This document shows positions 60,700 to 64,000 of a stretch of 64,000 bases of DNA, in pieces; within the stretch, counting starts at the first letter, position 1; each line of letters starts with the position of its first letter. The position numbers and the translations under genes are program-made. The notes under the pieces were generated by a model. The model saw nothing but the letters and a program-made list of their open reading frames with translations. It was not told the origin of the DNA and searched no databases. The stretch is from Syntrophales bacterium (GTDB lineage Bacteria; Desulfobacterota; Syntrophia; Syntrophales; UBA6807): contig JAXGPA010000003.1 of the NCBI GenBank assembly GCA_040767195.1, positions 192,001 through 256,000 of the forward strand, read 5' to 3'.

Positions 60700-61710
60700 T
60701 CATTTCAGGGCCGCCTCGACCTTTCCGGCGACATCCGCGGGTACCCACCCGGTCCAGAGTTCTTTTTTATTTTTCAGGAACCACAGGGCGCCGTCTTCAG
60801 GCATGCCCCTGGTATCCTGCATGTAGGCGAGAATCTCGTTGTTCAGGTCCGTCGTGGTTTCGTATTTCTTCAAGAATTCGATCACCTCGGGCGCTTTCCC
60901 GGGGAGTTTCGCGTTCACGAAAATATGCACCTGGACGGGCTGAAAGGCACAGGCCTTCGTCGTGTTCCAGATCTCTTTGTCGAAGGGGGGTTCCTCGAGG
61001 GCCGTCATGTCGAGCTTTCCCAGAATCCATGAAGGCGCCCAGTAGTAACCGACCCAGGGCTTTCCCCGCTTGACGGCTGCCGTCATCGAACCGGCAAGGG
61101 CGGCGTCCGATCCCGGGATAAAATCCGTGAAATATTTATCCAGGCCGTAGGCCTTAAGCTTCTGGGAATTGATTGCGGTAACACCCCAGCCCGGGATGGA
61201 GTTGTAGAAGCGGCCCTTCGCCGGTTCTTCCGGATCCTTGAAGACTTCCCAGTATTTCGGAAGGTCGTAAACCGACTTGAGACCGGGTGCCATGGGCTTG
61301 ATGCCCCGTTTTTTGTCACCCTTGATGACAAACGTAGGCACCAGCCAGCCCTGCCAGTTGTCCCGGTAGTTGGGACCCAGGTCGATGATGGTGCCTTCCT
61401 TGAGCCCCTTGTCAAAGAGTTCCTGGGTGTTCTCCGTCCAGGACTCCATCTCCACGTCCGTGTCACCCCGCTGAAGCGCCGTGAGGAGCGAGACGGTCTC
61501 CCCGGGAACATGCTCCACACCATAACCGTAGCCGTGTTCGATGATGAAGCCGGCAATCCGGTTGTGCACCTGGATGCTGTCCCAGCTTCGGTCATTGAAC
61601 TTGATCGTTGTTTTCGCCGCCGCCGACTGAATTGCCAGGGTTCCTGAAACAAGCAAAACCGCCGCGAACATGATGACAAACCTGAATGATCGAAGTTCAG
61701 ATCCTTTCAT
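60700..61710 (-). CDS. Glycine betaine/proline ABC substrate-binding protein (ProX/OpuAC-like)
   Basis: Signal peptide; WDSIQVHN, DVEMESW, GYYWAP; GGAGG RBS. Confidence 0.85.
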   Translation of the reverse strand: MKGSELRSFRFVIMFAAVLLVSGTLAIQSAAAKTTIKFNDRSWDSIQVHNRIAGFIIEHGYGYGVEHVPGETVSLLTALQRGDTDVEMESWTENTQELFDKGLKEGTIIDLGPNYRDNWQGWLVPTFVIKGDKKRGIKPMAPGLKSVYDLPKYWEVFKDPEEPAKGRFYNSIPGWGVTAINSQKLKAYGLDKYFTDFIPGSDAALAGSMTAAVKRGKPWVGYYWAPSWILGKLDMTALEEPPFDKEIWNTTKACAFQPVQVHIFVNAKLPGKAPEVIEFLKKYETTTDLNNEILAYMQDTRGMPEDGALWFLKNKKELWTGWVPADVAGKVEAALK

Positions 61711-62096
61711 GACAACCTCCTTTTTGACTGGAATGAGAATGCCGTGGTTTTCAGCGTGATAAATTGAAACGCCGCTGTCTGAAAAATCTTTCTGTACCGG
61801 TGAGCAGGGAAAAAGCGGTCGCTTTGGAAAAACGGAAAGCCAAGCCGATATTTACCTTTTAGTTAACAGCATTCGGAACCAATTTCTACTTTTTTTTAGC
61901 CGGCTCACGTCGACGAAAAGAGCGGGATGAAGAAGCAGCCATGAAATAGAAGAGGCAAAGCATTCGAAACCTCGGCGCGGTCATTCTTTCCGCCCGATGG
62001 GTGGGAGCATACCCTCAAAAGAATCACCGGAGGCCTGATCAGTGCCTTCGGAGCCGGTATTTCTGCTTCACCGACACCATAACATTTTGATATTTC

Positions 62097-62125
62097 TTGA
62101 CAGGCTGGAAATTTTTTCTTAAAAT
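62097..62125 (+). promoter_or_regulatory. Near-consensus sigma70 promoter of the peptide operon
   Basis: TTGACA (62097-62102)-17 nt-TAAAAT (62120-62125). Confidence 0.75.
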
Positions 62126-62161
62126 TTTCCCCACATTCATTTTTACCGTGTAGGAGGGGCC

Positions 62162-62275
62162 ATGAAGAAAGAGGAACGGAAAGAAAAAAAAGAGGAGAAA
62201 AAAACCTACGAGAAGCCCGCGCTGACGGGCCATCAAAAGCTGACAAGTGTCATAGGTAAATTCTCACCGTCATAA
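62162..62275 (+). CDS. Small peptide 1 with lasso/RRE-type leader (37 aa)
   Basis: AGGAGG RBS; MKKEERKEKKEEKKTYEKPALTGHQKLTSVIGKFSPS. Confidence 0.75.
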   Translation: MKKEERKEKKEEKKTYEKPALTGHQKLTSVIGKFSPS

Positions 62276-62312
62276 CCGGAACAGGAAACGTCCTTTACCA
62301 GGGAGGGGGAAA

Positions 62313-62441
62313 ATGAAAAAAGAGACGAAGAAAGGTAACAAAATAAAAAAAGATTACGAGAAGCCCGAACTCACGCGGCACGGGAAGCTGACGGACGTGG
62401 GGTCGTTCATTTCTCCACCGGAGGTTAATCATTTGGAATGA
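62313..62441 (+). CDS. Small peptide 2 with lasso/RRE-type leader (42 aa)
   Basis: GGAGG RBS; MKKETKKGNKIKKDYEKPELTRHGKLTDVGSFISPPEVNHLE. Confidence 0.78.
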   Translation: MKKETKKGNKIKKDYEKPELTRHGKLTDVGSFISPPEVNHLE

Positions 62442-62493
62442 TGATCATGATTTGAACAGATTTTCCAGGTGAAATTTCAGTGGAATAGACAGT

Positions 62494-62521
62494 GCCGTCC
62501 TTCGGGGCGGCCTTTTTATTT
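62494..62521 (+). terminator. Intrinsic terminator of the peptide operon
   Basis: GCCGTCC-TTCG-GGGCGGC followed by CTTTTTATTT. Confidence 0.8.
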
Positions 62522-62560
62522 GTCCGGGGGTTGAAAATGGCATTGGAATTTAAAAATGGC

Positions 62561-62595
62561 AAAGAAAAAGGGGTCAGCTTTCTGTCGCTGACCCC
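62561..62595 (-). terminator. Intrinsic terminator of the tRNA pair
   Basis: GGGGTCAGC/GCTGACCCC 9-bp stem followed on the minus strand by TTTTTCTTT. Confidence 0.75.
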
Positions 62596-62605
62596 CTGTA
62601 TTTAC

Positions 62606-62682
<77 letters not shown>

Positions 62683-62727
62683 AAATCTTTTCTATCCATT
62701 CAAGGAATCGAGGGATTCCTTTTTCCC

Positions 62728-62803
62728 TGGTAGGCGGAACAGGACTTGAACCTGTGACATCCACGGTGTAAACGTGGCGCTCTCCCAACTGAGCTATCCG
62801 CCC
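62728..62803 (-). tRNA. tRNA-Val (TAC)
   Basis: GGGCGGATAGCTCAGTTGG...CCACG-TTTACAC-CGTGG, TTCAAG T-loop, CCA end; 76 nt. Confidence 0.96.
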
Positions 62804-62868
62804 GTCAATTATCCCAGCGGAACGTGCCGGGTTTGTATACGGAACCCATTCCGTTGTCAAGAACAATT

Positions 62869-64000
62869 TCAGTTCATGGGGGCCCCGGCATGCCGCCCCG
62901 ACTCCCTGACCTGGCAGCCCGTGATGGGGGTGTCCCCGATCTGGGGGATGTCCTCCCCTTCCCTCAGGGCCACCTTGAGGACTTCGTCCATGTTCTCCAC
63001 GCAGATCACTTCGAGATCCTTGAGGACGTTCTTGGGAACGTCCGCCAGGTCCTTCCGGTTCTCACGGGGAATGATGACCGTGTGTATGAGTCCCCGGTGG
63101 GCCGCCAGCAGTTTTTCCTTCAGGCCGCCGATGGGGAGGACCCGGCCCCTCAAAGTGATCTCCCCGGTCATGGCCACATCGCTCCGGATCATCCGCTTCG
63201 TCAGGGCCGACGTGATGGCCGTGGCCATGGCGATGCCCGCCGAGGGTCCGTCCTTGGGGATGGCCCCTTCGGGAACGTGGACGTGGATATCCGTTTCCTT
63301 GTGAAAGTTCGGGGACAGGCCGAGGGCGTCCGCCCTGGAACGGACATAGGTGAAGGCCGCCTGGGCCGACTCCTGCATGACGTCTCCGAGTTTACCCGTC
63401 AAGGTGATTTTTCCCGAACCGGGGATGACGGACACCTCCACGGCGAGGAGCTCCCCGCCCACTTCCGTCCAGGCGAGCCCGTTGGTCAGGCCGATCCGGT
63501 CCTTCTCTTCCTTTTCCCCGTAGCGGAACTTGGGAACCCCGAGATACGTCTCCACCGACCGGGAGGAGACGCGGATCCGCTTCTTGTAACCGCTGGTCAC
63601 GATTTTCCGGGCCACCTTGCGGCAGATGGAGGCGATCTCCCTCTCCAGGTTCCGGACACCCGCTTCCCGGGTGTACTCCCGGATGATCCTCAAGATCGCC
63701 GAATCGGCGAAATCGATCTGCTCCGCCTTCAGCCCGTTTGCCTCCAGTTCCTTCGGAACGAGATATTTCCTGGCGATATTCAGCTTTTCCGGCTCCGTGT
63801 ACCCGGCGATGCGGATGACTTCCATCCGGTCCTGCAGGGGCGCGGGGATCGTCTGGAGAATGTTCGCCGTGGTGATGAACATGATGTCGGAAAGATCGTA
63901 ATCCACCTCCAGGTAATTGTCGTTGAAGGCCTTGTTCTGCTCCGGGTCGAGGACCTCGAGAAGGGCCGCCGCCGGGTCTCCCCGGAAGTCGGAGCTGACC
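62869..64000 (-). CDS. lon: ATP-dependent protease La (LonA), 5'-truncated by window edge
   Basis: [37 protein letters not shown]; frame open to window end. Confidence 0.96.
   Translation of the reverse strand, partial: VSSDFRGDPAAALLEVLDPEQNKAFNDNYLEVDYDLSDIMFITTANILQTIPAPLQDRMEVIRIAGYTEPEKLNIARKYLVPKELEANGLKAEQIDFADSAILRIIREYTREAGVRNLEREIASICRKVARKIVTSGYKKRIRVSSRSVETYLGVPKFRYGEKEEKDRIGLTNGLAWTEVGGELLAVEVSVIPGSGKITLTGKLGDVMQESAQAAFTYVRSRADALGLSPNFHKETDIHVHVPEGAIPKDGPSAGIAMATAITSALTKRMIRSDVAMTGEITLRGRVLPIGGLKEKLLAAHRGLIHTVIIPRENRKDLADVPKNVLKDLEVICVENMDEVLKVALREGEDIPQIGDTPITGCQVRESGRHAGAPMN

Noticed and set aside
61954..61980. GGCAAAGCATTCGAAA resembling the c-di-GMP-I riboswitch P2 5' arm
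   Set aside because: The complementary 3' arm and the following GCAAA/P3 elements are missing.

Overview
GC-rich bacterial chromosome segment. Gene content and order suggest an anaerobic deltaproteobacterium (Desulfobacterota/Syntrophales-like); this is an inference. Most of the window is housekeeping: recN, mltA, ilvE, ettA, cobB, pyk, class II RNR, Hsp20 plus Lon-like protease, a polar amino-acid ABC cluster, metK, an S1 paralog, aspartate aminotransferase-coaD-rsmD, pssA-psd-tsaB-rseP-dxr-cdsA-uppS, an M16 peptidase pair, phoH-HD phosphodiesterase-ybeY, mltD-like, frameshifted prfB, lnt, corC-like, tRNA-Val/tRNA-Asp and lon. No transposase, integrase or CRISPR array was seen. The most interesting signals are not in the ORF track: (1) a complete mini-operon (sigma70 promoter, RBSs, terminator) at 62.1-62.5 kb encoding two tandem peptides with a lasso/RRE-type YxxPxL leader but no adjacent maturation enzymes; (2) a ~290-340 nt nested multi-stem candidate ncRNA at 9.55-9.89 kb; (3) a candidate sigma54-dependent sRNA at 6.27-6.42 kb with C-rich and anti-Shine-Dalgarno loops; (4) a SAM-II/V-like riboswitch with an intrinsic terminator upstream of metK; (5) a probable CTG start codon for the corC-like gene. 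All RNA structures were paired by eye, not computed.
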